Virus record (IMG/VR): IMGVR_UViG_3300025018_000091
Length of the DNA: 64,000 nucleotides
Origin: a virus
Taxonomy: Duplodnaviria; Caudoviricetes
Direction: 5' to 3' (one strand)
The position numbers and the translations under genes were made by a program. This document shows, in pieces, positions 19,623-30,359 of the stretch (the first letter of the stretch is position 1; every line of letters begins with the position of its first letter). The notes under the pieces are model-generated. The model was not told where the DNA came from and made no database searches. It was given only the letters and a program-made list of their open reading frames with translations.

Positions 19623-20550
19623 CTTTATTCATTGTCCTATATACTGGTTCAACGTGCTCTTCAGCCATTTGTGCAGCTTCATCTGCAAAATTATCAACTG
19701 GCTTATCTATACCTTCACCAACTTGACATCTAATAAAATTAATTAACTGAATCTCTCCACCTAATTTTAGACCTAAGTTACTTACAAGATCGCCAACAGA
19801 TACTTTTGGTGATGTTACAGACTCTTGATTAAGTAAACAAACTTCAGTATACCACTTATTCATCTTACCAAGCATAATCTTTTCATGAGCGGCTTCTGGT
19901 TTATTCATCTCATTAAGCTGAGTTTGAAAAATTGCCTTCTGTCTATTAACAACATCTGGAGATAATTTATAAGGAGATATTGCTAAAGGATTCATTGCAG
20001 CTATTTGAAGCACTAAATTATTTGCAAGCTCAATAAACTCCTGATTAGACGCGGCTTCTTTAGACGGAGCCAACACAGTTAGTATGGCGCCAATCTTTTC
20101 ATTAGTATGAACATAAGAAAATATAGCAGTATTTTCCTTAAACATAGTTTCAACCCACCAACGACGAACTACAATATTCTCTTTTGTCATTGACAATAAC
20201 TCTTGTCTTTGAGATTCAACTAAATCAACAGACCACATAGCATTGCTATTAGCAGCGTTACATAATGAATCTAAACATACATCAACAAAACGCTGAAACT
20301 CTGGCATTTTTGCTACAAAATCTGTAACCGAATTAACCTCAACCATTACAACATGGTTGCCTACACGGCTAATACCAACTACACCTTCAGATGCGGCTCT
20401 ACTTCCAACAGACACTAATTTGCCTTTTGCCTTAATCACATCAACAGCTTTATCTAAATCCCAATTGGTTTCAACTAAAGCGTCTTTACAGTCTTTCATT
20501 CCAGCTTGAGTTAATGCTCTCAAATCTCTAATCATATCAGTATTAGTCAT
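19612..20550 (-). CDS. tsf: Translation elongation factor Ts
   Basis: IRDLRALTQAGMKDCKDAL, RAASEG, EVNSVTDFVA, YVH and FIRCQVGEGI. Confidence 0.92.
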   Translation of the reverse strand: MTNTDMIRDLRALTQAGMKDCKDALVETNWDLDKAVDVIKAKGKLVSVGSRAASEGVVGISRVGNHVVMVEVNSVTDFVAKMPEFQRFVDVCLDSLCNAANSNAMWSVDLVESQRQELLSMTKENIVVRRWWVETMFKENTAIFSYVHTNEKIGAILTVLAPSKEAASNQEFIELANNLVLQIAAMNPLAISPYKLSPDVVNRQKAIFQTQLNEMNKPEAAHEKIMLGKMNKWYTEVCLLNQESVTSPKVSVGDLVSNLGLKLGGEIQLINFIRCQVGEGIDKPVDNFADEAAQMAEEHVEPVYRTMNKDAY

Positions 20551-20569
20551 TGTTACTTCCTTTTACGAC

Positions 20570-20597
20570 AATGTAAATTTTATAAATTGCCAGTCAA
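20570..20597 (-). promoter_or_regulatory. Sigma70-like promoter TTGACT-N16-TACATT upstream of tsf
   Basis: Consensus match. Confidence 0.65.
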
Positions 20598-20917
20598 GTG
20601 GCGTGAATTTTAATTATTCAGCGAAGTCAATTAAAAATTGAGTATCGAGGAACTGGGCACATTCATCACATATAGGACCAAGATACATAGATGCTTTACC
20701 ACTTGAGTGATTTTTACATCTACCTGGACTGTGAGAGCCCATTAGTTTGCAAGAATCCTGCTCACAAGTACATCTTGTGTTCTTTTTATCCTTCTTGGCA
20801 TGTTTAATGACAAGTTGATCGGCTAATTCTATTACTTTTGCTGTAGCAGTTTTCATACCTATATGAAAATATATGCCTAAGTGGAGCGATTAAATCTTTT
20901 CGAAACTATCATTTTAG

Positions 20918-21610
20918 TTGTATATAAATATGCAAGCATCACAAGACACAATTTTTATTGAATTTATTGATAAATTTGAATCTAAAGATAATATAATGTT
21001 AACATGTCCGCAATGTAATAATCACTTTGAAAAGACAAAGCGAGAAATAAGAAATAAAATAATTATACATAAAACAAAAACAATATATTGCTCTTTTAAA
21101 TGTTATCAACAATCACGAATAACGATAAAAAATGTAAATTGCAAACAATGTAATACACTATTTTTAAAAGAAAAATCAAGAATAAAAAAAACTAAAAATA
21201 ATTTTTGTTCAAAAAGTTGCGCAGCAACATATAACAATACCCACAAAACCAAAGGAAATAGAAGATCAAAATTAGAAATTTGGATAGAATCTCAATTAAA
21301 TTCATTATATCCAAAATTACAAATTATATATAATTCTAAAAATATAATTAATTCAGAATTAGATATTTATATTCCATCACTTAGATTGGCTTTTGAACTT
21401 AATGGAATTTTTCATTATGAATCAATTTATGGTAAAGAAAAATTAAAATCTATACAAAATAATGATAATAGAAAATTTCAAGCCTGTTTAGAACAACATA
21501 TTGAATTAGCTATTATTGACACAACACATATGACAAATTTTAAAGAAAAGAAAGCTGTAAAATATCTTGATATTATCACTAATATAATTAATCAATCTAT
21601 ACAAAAATAA
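20918..21610 (+). CDS. Zinc-repeat endonuclease-like protein (CxxC/CSxxC repeats plus PD-(D/E)xK-like domain)
   Basis: FCSKSC repeats; ELDIYIPSLRLAFELNGIFHY. Confidence 0.65.
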   Translation: MYINMQASQDTIFIEFIDKFESKDNIMLTCPQCNNHFEKTKREIRNKIIIHKTKTIYCSFKCYQQSRITIKNVNCKQCNTLFLKEKSRIKKTKNNFCSKSCAATYNNTHKTKGNRRSKLEIWIESQLNSLYPKLQIIYNSKNIINSELDIYIPSLRLAFELNGIFHYESIYGKEKLKSIQNNDNRKFQACLEQHIELAIIDTTHMTNFKEKKAVKYLDIITNIINQSIQK

Positions 21611-21613
21611 TAA

Positions 21614-21745
21614 GACGACAACTCTTTAATAAGATTTTTAACCACTCTCGTGGGCGATGGATATGAACCATCTAATTCGGACTTTTAAATTCCAAAGGAA
21701 TTATTTATCCGAATGTTGACCATGTAATCCTATCAGGCATTCGTC
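21614..21745 (-). ncRNA. Y RNA (YrlA-like) copy Y1
   Basis: 5' GACGAAUGC pairs with 3' UUGUCGUC; GAUAGGAUU/AAUCUUAUU helix; T-arm GAUGG-UUCAUAU-CCAUC followed by a CCAC-GAGA-GUGG hairpin. Confidence 0.8.
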
Positions 21746-21747
21746 TA

Positions 21748-21822
21748 TGGAGCGACCAGTGGGGCTCGAACCCACGACATTCTGCATGGCAAGCAGACAT
21801 TCTACCACTGAATTATGGTCGC
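21748..21822 (-). tRNA. tRNA-Gly(GCC)
   Basis: Cloverleaf, TT GCC AT, CCA. Confidence 0.93.
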
Positions 21823-21847
21823 TTAAAGGCGTCAAAGAATGAAAAGA

Positions 21848-21953
<106 letters not shown>

Positions 21954-21978
21954 GATGTATTCCTTTCGGCATACGCCA

Positions 21979-22053
21979 TGGAGCGGGTGAAGGGATTTGA
22001 ACCCTCAACTTCAAACTTGGAAGGATTGTACTCTACCATTGAGTTACACCCGC
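21979..22053 (-). tRNA. tRNA-Gly(TCC)
   Basis: Cloverleaf, CT TCC AA, CCA. Confidence 0.92.
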
Positions 22054-22150
22054 ACATTACATATAACATTTTATGCCCCAGTTAACCATTTAATATTTTC
22101 AAATCCAACATATTTTTGTATTACTCCATATTGATAGTTAAAAGTTCATA

Positions 22151-22585
22151 TCACTTAGTAAGCTTGTAAATACAAAACTTATTTTTCTTTTCAACTACAA
22201 TCGGCAAATTCAACAAAACATTCCACTGCCCTGTTCCTTTAGAAGTTATTCCTTCTTTCTTAATATCTCTTCTTACTACAATATATGCAGTACCTCCCAC
22301 CTTTAAATAACTTTTAATCGCATTTACAATCTCGTTTACTATTTGTGGCTTAACAACATTTAAAACATAATTGCAAATAATTGTATCATATTGATGATTA
22401 GGTTTTTGTGGAAAATAATATGGATCATATTTGTCTGCTAATAACAAATTAGCATCACTACCACGACCACACCCGTAATCTAAAAGATCTCCTTTTAATA
22501 GATCATTGTCACTAATATATTGTGCCGGTAATGATAATTTATTTCTAGAAATTGCTGTCAAATATGATTTATCATCAAGTTCCAT
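22151..22585 (-). CDS. Class I SAM-dependent methyltransferase
   Basis: LLDYGCGRG, YDPYY and YDTIICNYVLNVV. Confidence 0.88.
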   Translation of the reverse strand: MELDDKSYLTAISRNKLSLPAQYISDNDLLKGDLLDYGCGRGSDANLLLADKYDPYYFPQKPNHQYDTIICNYVLNVVKPQIVNEIVNAIKSYLKVGGTAYIVVRRDIKKEGITSKGTGQWNVLLNLPIVVEKKNKFCIYKLTK

Positions 22586-23054
22586 TATAGCTTCTCTATC
22601 CTCAATAAATAAGGATCTACATAAAAATAACCACGTTTATAATCTGCATAACCTTCTGTTCTATTAAAAGAAGATCGTTTTCCATCACTTCTCTTTGGTG
22701 CATTAGGAAGATTATGCACTGTCTTAATCTGTAAATAAATCTTTATTTCTGGCGAATCTACTGATTGTAACCAATAGTAATAATACTTAAATCCTCACCG
22801 GGAAGATTATTAAAATCTACATAATTACCAAATTTAGATTTAACTTTACTTCTAATATTATTCAATTTAAACTCTATATAAGGACCATGATCCCCATACA
22901 CAATTCGTTCATATCCTTTAAATAATAGAGTCCCAGAAGAAGGCGAATAGAACTCAGTTGAGAAATCTCCCTCTTCAGATAGGTCTAGTTTAGATTCCAA
23001 CTCTTCTTTATCTTGCAATCTATTCTCATAAATTGCGGTTGTTTGAAAAACCAT
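22585..23054 (-). CDS. Hypothetical protein (YGDHGPYIEF ... YADYK); frameshift near 22789-22791
   Basis: A second frame continues KYYYYWLQ...GYADYKRGYFYVDP to TAA at 22585. Confidence 0.6.
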
Positions 23055-23087
23055 ATGTAATACTCAATTATAATCTATTCTGTGGTG

Positions 23088-23162
23088 TGGTGTATGGTGC
23101 AGGATTTGAACCAGCAACCTTCTGCGAGTCGAGCAGACGCACTACCGTTGTGCTAACCATAC
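23088..23162 (-). tRNA. tRNA-Val(GAC), atypical loop
   Basis: Cloverleaf with loop TC GAC TC, CCA. Confidence 0.7.
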
Positions 23163-23351
23163 ATTTATCTCGGAACTTTTTCTTCACTAATACAGCAAGA
23201 ATCTGTTAATGTAAATTGAGACCTGTATTTCTCCCAAGAACATGGTCCGTGATGACCAATTGGCAAATTGCAGCGTAATTTTAAATCAAAAGAGCTGAAA
23301 GGCGCTATAAGCCCACATAAACCGTCATATGATTCTATAGAACTCATTTAG

Positions 23352-23424
23352 TGCGCCGTATGGGACTCGAACCTATAACTTCCACCTTGTAAGGATGGCA
23401 CTCTAACCATTGAGTTAACAGCGC
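23352..23424 (-). tRNA. tRNA-Val(TAC)
   Basis: CT TAC AA; no encoded CCA. Confidence 0.9.
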
Positions 23425-23427
23425 AAA

Positions 23428-23504
23428 TGGTGTCGCTGGTCGGAATCGAACCGGACCTTGGATCGCTTATGAAACGATTGCCATCACCAGATGACTACAG
23501 CGGC
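23428..23504 (-). tRNA. tRNA with CAT anticodon (Met or Ile2)
   Basis: TT CAT AA, CCA. Confidence 0.88.
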
Positions 23505-23540
23505 ATTACGTATGGTATATATCAGATTATTCATATAATG

Positions 23541-23870
23541 TCATGAAAACGCAGCTATCTTATTTACTCTGCGCATTAATTTTTCAGTCTCTTTAGCCAT
23601 TTCATCTGCAAATGGTTTAGCTAATATTAATACCTTATCTAATTTATCGTTTTCTAACCATAATACATCACCATTTTTAATTTCCCTGTCAACAGATGTA
23701 TATCCAAATCCCCAATGTGAACTATATTCAAATATATAAGCGAGAGGATAAACTAAAAGTTTTAGAAAATACCCATTACAACAAACTTCTATTACATATG
23801 GAACCTTACCACAAGTAAAGTGTTGTAAATAAATAGTTTTATAATCAGTATCAGTTGACATATTATTCAT
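23541..23870 (-). CDS. Hypothetical protein
   Basis: 109 aa ORF. Confidence 0.5.
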   Translation of the reverse strand: MNNMSTDTDYKTIYLQHFTCGKVPYVIEVCCNGYFLKLLVYPLAYIFEYSSHWGFGYTSVDREIKNGDVLWLENDKLDKVLILAKPFADEMAKETEKLMRRVNKIAAFS

Positions 23871-24534
23871 ATAAATGAATTAAACTTTTAACCTTATATG
23901 ATCTTCTATGTAATGGAGATAATCCGTACTTACTAATAGCAGAAATATGTGAAGGACTTCCATAACCTACATTCTTTATCCATCCATATTCTGGATGAAG
24001 CTTATCTAAGAAATGCATTAAACCATCACGATAATTCTTCGCAATTATACTCGCCGCCATTACTGTAGGAAATTTTGTGTCAGCCTTAACCTCCGTCTTG
24101 ATAGTGTAAGCACGCAGACTAGGACAGTCAAATTTTAAATTTCCATCAACAATTATTAAAATTGGATTATGCTCGCCCAGCGCATGGAAAACTTCTATAT
24201 ATGCGTCTCGTAATGCTGAAGCTACTCCAATTTGGTCAATAAGAACATTTGATTTCTCGGATATATGAAATGATATTTCATTAGACTCCACCAAATCGCT
24301 TAACTTGCCTCCCATAATTAAACGTTTCTTTTCAGAAAGCTTCTTAGAATCATTAAGACCCTCTAAATTCCAGTCTTCAGGAGCTTTAACTCCACATACA
24401 ACTAATGGTCCGGCTAAGCAACCGTAGCCTACTTCGTCTGCTCCAATAATATTATTCATGTAAATGCTATATTCGTTATTATTAGGATCAATATATACAT
24501 TATTAATTTCTTTAATCATTTCGCCAAGTCGCAA
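23863..24534 (-). CDS. rnhB: Ribonuclease HII
   Basis: GADEVGYG, LNDSKKLSEKKR, IVDG, KADTK, VMAASIIAK and GYG...H. Confidence 0.92.
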   Translation of the reverse strand: MRLGEMIKEINNVYIDPNNNEYSIYMNNIIGADEVGYGCLAGPLVVCGVKAPEDWNLEGLNDSKKLSEKKRLIMGGKLSDLVESNEISFHISEKSNVLIDQIGVASALRDAYIEVFHALGEHNPILIIVDGNLKFDCPSLRAYTIKTEVKADTKFPTVMAASIIAKNYRDGLMHFLDKLHPEYGWIKNVGYGSPSHISAISKYGLSPLHRRSYKVKSLIHLYE

Positions 24535-24774
24535 GTTTAACTACTTCTTCATGAGTAGTATTATTATCTTCACACACCTTATCATAAATCGCCTGCAAGA
24601 CATGAACAACCATTCCGCTTGATAAACTACCATGAATACAATGATCCAATACCTCTAACACTTGAATTGGAGTAGGCGGATTTTTCCACTTACTAATAAG
24701 CGGTTTCATTGTGGCATCTATCTGAGAATCTGGCGCGCTTTGTAACAAATCAATTAGTTCTTTCATATTATTTC

Positions 24775-25533
24775 CTATAATTTAAAACAGGTTTTTTCCA
24801 AAACGCTAAGAACCGAATCCGGTTCACAGCCATATATTCCAGATGCCCAAGCCTGATTACTTTCAATTACTGCCCAACCATCTTCCATAATACCAACATC
24901 CACCACCGATGGTGTAGTTGGCACCACCGCTATTGCTTGGTTAACAAACTTCTCAGCCTCAGCACAATTAGGGTTATGCCAGTGTTTCGGCTCATTAATC
25001 TCGCCATGGTACAAATAACAGCTTACTGTAAGGCATTTGTTACCATCGACGAAACATCTGTACTCTTCTACAAAGTTTACAGGATCAGATATTAATACTG
25101 GCGTTTCAGGTTCTACTACAGGTGGCGGACTAAACTCATGCGCAGTATAAAGCTTAGCATCAAAACATTTATCATCTGCCGGTTTAATAAATCTACTTCC
25201 TTCAAACTCTAAATTACGAGCATCTTTTAATGAGTAAAACTTTACTTCTCTTTTAAGAAATTCATATGGAAATAAAGTTAACCAATGATGCGGATTCCCT
25301 ATTAATCCCCAGTTCATTTGTTGAGATATAACCTCACAAAATGTTTGAGAACCATATGGACAACCGGCAAGATTTGACTCAATAATCTCATCTGGCAATC
25401 TCCAACCAAAATGAGCGCCATGAGTATCCCATCCTCTGGCTCTAGCAACCATTTGCATTGCTAAAATTTCATTATGAAGCCTTCCGGCTCTGGGCTGAGA
25501 GATAAATATCATTTCACATTCCAACATGACCAA
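24775..25533 (-). CDS. ATP-grasp domain protein (DUF4343/R2K-like)
   Basis: RFIKPADDKCF, ISDPV, EEYRCFV, VVDVG and IESN. Confidence 0.75.
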   Translation of the reverse strand: MVMLECEMIFISQPRAGRLHNEILAMQMVARARGWDTHGAHFGWRLPDEIIESNLAGCPYGSQTFCEVISQQMNWGLIGNPHHWLTLFPYEFLKREVKFYSLKDARNLEFEGSRFIKPADDKCFDAKLYTAHEFSPPPVVEPETPVLISDPVNFVEEYRCFVDGNKCLTVSCYLYHGEINEPKHWHNPNCAEAEKFVNQAIAVVPTTPSVVDVGIMEDGWAVIESNQAWASGIYGCEPDSVLSVLEKTCFKL

Positions 25534-25717
25534 CCTGAAACACTTACTGTGTTCTTACAGTTTGAACATTCTATATAAAAAGAAACATCATGTTCACCCA
25601 TAGAATATCCGCTAGACGATTTTACATCCACTCCAGTATATTCTAATTCATAACAACATATAGTACACATTACCTTTTTAGTTTTTAAAGGCTTATCTGA
25701 TACAACTTTAACTGTCA

Positions 25718-26200
25718 TCATAAATCCTTCCTAATACCACAGAAAGCATTAACTGCACGAGAAAGCAGTTCTTCCTTTAAACAAATCTCATCACACAGCA
25801 TCATTCTGTGATATCCAATATCATGAAGCCATGCAATCTCTACAATGTCAGAACAAGAAGGAATTTCACTATCAATAATAGATAGAAGTAATCTAGAACC
25901 AACACAAGCTTCTGGATCTTTATCAATTATCATTCGTAGCGCAGGAACAATATCATGCGGTCTTGGCAATTCAACATACATATCACCACGTGCTGCAACA
26001 AGAACTAAATTCTCTTTCTTCTGAAAAGTAGAAACAAAACGCATTCCTTCAAGGCTTTCAATCTTTAACCACACTTCAGCATCTTGTCCAACCAATTCTT
26101 GGAACTGGTCTACATCAGATTGTTTCTCTACATATGAAAGAAAATACTTTTTGAATCCAGCAGCCTTTACTTGCTCAATCTTCTTGATTTCTTCTGGCAC
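25718..26200 (-). CDS. C-terminal half of a pyruvate-kinase-like TIM barrel (probably truncated)
   Basis: LSYVE, WLKIES and AARGDMYVE; N-terminal half absent. Confidence 0.6.
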   Translation of the reverse strand: MPEEIKKIEQVKAAGFKKYFLSYVEKQSDVDQFQELVGQDAEVWLKIESLEGMRFVSTFQKKENLVLVAARGDMYVELPRPHDIVPALRMIIDKDPEACVGSRLLLSIIDSEIPSCSDIVEIAWLHDIGYHRMMLCDEICLKEELLSRAVNAFCGIRKDL

Positions 26201-26263
26201 GATTGTTTACTTCTAACACTTTATAAGGGTCAAACATAACTCTTCCTGTCTCCTTGTACTGGA

Positions 26264-26291
26264 AATATAATCATTTTTCGCGGCGTGTCAA
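26264..26291 (-). promoter_or_regulatory. Sigma70-like promoter TTGACA-N16-TATATT
   Basis: Consensus match. Confidence 0.65.
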
Positions 26292-26502
26292 CGCTCCGCG
26301 CAATTTATAAAATACGGCAAGAATTTTACTTACCAATAACAAATACTTGTCTACCGATAAGAACCCTTTTCTTACTATTATATGTGTAATCTACAAAGAA
26401 AATACTACCAGGATCTAGTGGTCTAGACTTAATGATTTTATATTCAATCAGTTTGTCTTTATTTTCTAATAATTTAATCAAAACATATCTCCTAAAAATA
26501 GA

Positions 26503-26526
26503 AATGGGCGGTTGGAGCCGCCCATT
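26503..26526 (-). terminator. Probable intrinsic terminator
   Basis: AATGGGCGG/CCGCCCATT 9-bp stem followed by a T-rich tract. Confidence 0.6.
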
Positions 26527-26544
26527 ATACTACATTTATGTTAG

Positions 26545-26904
26545 TTAGTTATATCTTGATATTGTGCTAATATTATGTGTCTCTTCATACTGTTGAATTA
26601 ATCTAATGCAATCAGAAGATTGACTTACAGCATCACCAAAATAAGCATTATCGCATATTTTCATCAAGAAACTCTTAATATGTGGCAATGATGTTCTTTG
26701 TACAGCACCACTCTTAATCGATTCTTCAACTCCCATTTCTAATATATTATCTATCTGATTTTGCATTTGCCAAGTTAACTTGGTAAATTCTCTACAAATA
26801 TTAATAATATCAGAAATGTCAATCGGAATACTATATTCGTCTTCTTTCTCGTGGGTTGGGGTTGGGGTACTTACTCTTAAAACTTCCAATTCATGTGCAG
26901 TCAT
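26545..26904 (-). CDS. Hypothetical protein
   Basis: 119 aa ORF. Confidence 0.55.
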   Translation of the reverse strand: MTAHELEVLRVSTPTPTHEKEDEYSIPIDISDIINICREFTKLTWQMQNQIDNILEMGVEESIKSGAVQRTSLPHIKSFLMKICDNAYFGDAVSQSSDCIRLIQQYEETHNISTISRYN

Positions 26905-27044
26905 GATGCAACTCCATATTTAGAAACTATAATCAGAAAACTTCAATATTTACAGTATATAAGACCTCCTCACAATCAAAATAACCTGTCACTGATATTC
27001 TAAATTATTGGTATTTTTAACGTAATTTCCACACAAATCTATAA

Positions 27045-27374
27045 CTATAAAATAAGTTTATTACTTGACTTTATAGCTTCTTCTAAATTGGAATTAATAA
27101 TCAAATATAAGTCATCAACAGCATAGCCTTTATGGGCAATTCCTATTGAATAGAACTCCTCTGCATAAACATGACATTGAGAACATAATGAAATTCCATT
27201 TTCTTTTACATATCCACCATTCGGTATTTGTGTCCTGGGTGTAATATGATGAGCATCTAACTCTTGTTCTGCTCTATCTTTTGAAGATTTAAACCCACAC
27301 TTAGCGCAACAATACTTGTCTCTCTCAAAACAAGCATCTCTAAATCTTCTTCGTATTTCTTTCTTCTTGGACAT
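27045..27374 (-). CDS. HNH endonuclease
   Basis: CAKC...LDAHHITPR...NGISLCSQCH. Confidence 0.85.
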   Translation of the reverse strand: MSKKKEIRRRFRDACFERDKYCCAKCGFKSSKDRAEQELDAHHITPRTQIPNGGYVKENGISLCSQCHVYAEEFYSIGIAHKGYAVDDLYLIINSNLEEAIKSSNKLIL

Positions 27375-28098
27375 ATTTACTTCTATGAAAACGATGATTC
27401 ACGCCGTCTAATATATTTTGTTTAGCAGATAGTGGTCTTAAATTTTCTAAGCCCCAACACTTCTTAAAATTTTCATCTTGCATTGAAATATATGGTAAAT
27501 CTGATTGTGGAATTATATGATCTAATTGCCAAGTCCAGGTTGATTGATCATTGTCATCCCAAATTTTAGCATTATAGACGCCTTGATTTTTCCAAGTCAT
27601 CCAGGGTTCAAATAATTTTTCTAAATAATCCTTTAATTCATCTATCGAATATAATAAGTTATCTTTAATTGAGCCATTCTTATTAGAAGAAGATAGTTTT
27701 AACATCCTTGAAACTGCTCTTGAAATCAAATTTCTTAATTTGTAAGCAGGGTCTGTATCTCTTCTTATTTTCCTTCTCTTATTTTTTTGAACATTAATTG
27801 AGGACCTGTTCTTATCAAGATACAATTTTTTGTTCTTAGATATAAGTTTTTTGTTTTCTAAGTCAGCTCTATAATCTAAACCATATTTGATTAAACTATC
27901 TTTATTAGCTATATAATAATTTCGCCTGTACTTATTTAAGTCGTCTTTGTGCAAAAGACGATATTTATTATTAGCGTCCTTAGTACAAGGAATACATTTG
28001 CTTGATTTTTTATCAAGTTTTTTATAAAACTCACATAGTGGTTTTAAATCACCACATTTGCCACATACCTTATACCCATCTTGCATATAAATATGCAA
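27340..28098 (-). CDS. HNH-like homing endonuclease
   Basis: N-terminal CxxC; WQLDHIIPQS...LENLRPL. Confidence 0.75.
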   Translation of the reverse strand: MHIYMQDGYKVCGKCGDLKPLCEFYKKLDKKSSKCIPCTKDANNKYRLLHKDDLNKYRRNYYIANKDSLIKYGLDYRADLENKKLISKNKKLYLDKNRSSINVQKNKRRKIRRDTDPAYKLRNLISRAVSRMLKLSSSNKNGSIKDNLLYSIDELKDYLEKLFEPWMTWKNQGVYNAKIWDDNDQSTWTWQLDHIIPQSDLPYISMQDENFKKCWGLENLRPLSAKQNILDGVNHRFHRSKYVQEERNTKKI

Positions 28099-28128
28099 AG
28101 CTATTGATAGATATTCAAAAAAGATATC

Positions 28129-28629
28129 TCACAAAGATATCTCTAATTCATTGTAGATAATATCAAACCCATATTTCTCATATAAAACATGAATAGATGA
28201 CCTTACATCCGAATATTTTGAAGACAAATTTGTGATACAATTCTTCCCATCATGCTCCTCATAAAATATAGATTCAAGTGCGTTTACTCCGCATATCTTT
28301 TCCAGCCTATCTAACTCCATTATCAATACATCTATATTTAGATCTGTTGGAGGAATAGTTTCGTGTGTAATACACGGAATGGTATCAGATACTGATTCTG
28401 TGTGAAAAGTCGAAGTTTCCATTTTTTTTGTACTAATAGCAAAATGTATTAATACTTGATACTTATCAACATAAGATGGTATAAATTCTAAAATTTCTTT
28501 TGATTGCCACAATGTATATACTACAAGTCTATGATACCTGTCTTCTTTAACATCATAAAACCATTCTTTACCTTGAACTAAACATCTAAGATAATTGAGT
28601 GCGTCTTCCATATTCATTATAAATTCCAA
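28129..28629 (-). CDS. Hypothetical protein
   Basis: 166 aa ORF. Confidence 0.55.
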   Translation of the reverse strand: MEFIMNMEDALNYLRCLVQGKEWFYDVKEDRYHRLVVYTLWQSKEILEFIPSYVDKYQVLIHFAISTKKMETSTFHTESVSDTIPCITHETIPPTDLNIDVLIMELDRLEKICGVNALESIFYEEHDGKNCITNLSSKYSDVRSSIHVLYEKYGFDIIYNELEISL

Positions 28630-28940
28630 TCAATTATTGCCTCTTATTCTAGATAAGAGTCTTGATAAAATGCCTTTTTTCGGAGGTTTGCAAGGAGTTT
28701 TAACAGAAGAATGTTTCCTTTTTAACTCTTCAATTAATGCTGCTCTTGCATTATCATCTTTAATTATTAGCATAAAGAGATCTTCTTGAGTTTCTCTTAT
28801 GCGCCGACTTAATCTGCAATTAAACTCATTACGAATAATTGTTGCTTCATGAGTTGAACATGAAGTACAGCTGCATTTGCATCTATCACTATGAACAATT
28901 CCTTCAAAACAATAATGAGAATACATTAATTACCTTACTT

Positions 28941-29034
28941 TGGCGGAAGGTAGAGGATTTGAACCTCTGGACGGGGTTAATCCCGTCAACAGTTTAGCAA
29001 ACTGCCGCATTAAACCAGACTCTGCCAACCTTCC
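28941..29034 (-). tRNA. tRNA-Ser(GCT)
   Basis: TT GCT AA, long variable arm, CCA. Confidence 0.93.
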
Positions 29035-29043
29035 CTGGTTATA

Positions 29044-29966
29044 TTATATCTCGATATTGATAAGTTCTTCATTTAAAGCATTTAGCAGATCAAAATTCTC
29101 TACTGTCTTATAATGATCTGGAATTCCATCTAAACCATAATATGTTCCTGCTAATGCTCCAACAATAGCTGCTGTTGTATCTGTATCTCCACCAGCTCTT
29201 ACCGCCATAATGACAGCATCTTCAAAAGAAGATGTAGCTAATAGACAATAGAGTGTGGCACCTACTGTTTCAGGAACATAACCACTAGTTCCAATAGAAG
29301 CTAGTGCTACCTTAGGATCTATTTTTTCATGAAGAGCTGATTGAACATCTAATAGTTTAGACTTAACAACGCACTCAGGTAACACAGGTATAATCCATCC
29401 TATTAAACTAGATAAAGATATTGTTCCAACCGATCTATCTGATAATATAGCCGTAGCTAAAGCAACAGTACATGATCCTATCTTAGGCTCTAATGAGTTA
29501 TGAGTTATACTGGCATCTTCTATTGCATATTGCATTAGTAATTCTGGTTTGTTTCTATAAACAATACCAATTGGAGATGCCCTCATAGCCGTTCCATTAC
29601 CACCAGATTGTAAGCTAGTTAAACCACTCTCTTGCCAAGTAGCACCTATCTTTAGGTTATTAATAGCTGTAGCTGTAGTTGAGCCAATTCCTCTAGTATT
29701 CTTAGAATCATACCAAGATAAATATTCTTTTGCAACATCTTCTGGATCGAAACCATTTGATTGAATCATACTTTTTGAAAGAGCAATAGTCATTAAAGTA
29801 TCATCTGTATACTGACCAGCTTCACCTTTCCAAAAGTACCACCGGCTTTGAATAAGCCATCCCATTCTGTGAGTGAGGGGCTTATTGCTGCTTTCATTTC
29901 GAATGGATTGCCCAAGGCATCGCCTATTGCGCACCCTACTAATGTTGCTGTTTTGAATTCGGTCAT
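29044..29966 (-). CDS. ADP-ribosylglycohydrolase, copy 2; frameshift in the A4 run at 29832-29835
   Basis: True start MTEFKTATLVGCAIGDALG at 29966; YTDDT, GNGTAMR and GGDTDT. Confidence 0.9.
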
Positions 29967-30271
29967 TTGATCTTCTTAGCTCTAACTGTTTTCTTCTTTG
30001 GAGGGTCTGGTGGTACTGCTGACTTAGCAGTTACTTCTTTACCAAAGACCTCTTCTTCTGATATAACAGTTCCTGCCTCAGAATTCTTAAGAATATCTTC
30101 TTTAATACTATCTCGATGTACTACAAAACTCTCTGTAGCACATTCTTTCTTATTAGGATTATTCTTAAACCATTGGCGAATACCATCATAAGCGTATTGA
30201 GCCTCTGTTGGAGACAACAAATTATATACAATGAATGTCATTTGAATATAGCCTTACTTAATAAAAAATAT

Positions 30272-30359
30272 TGGCGGAAGGAAGAGGTCTCGATCCCCAC
30301 ACCCTTTCAGGTGCCATCTGCTTTCGAGGCAGCGCCAGTACCTTACTGGTTTACCTTCC
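30272..30359 (-). tRNA. tRNA-Ser(CGA)
   Basis: CT CGA AA, long variable arm, CCA. Confidence 0.9.
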
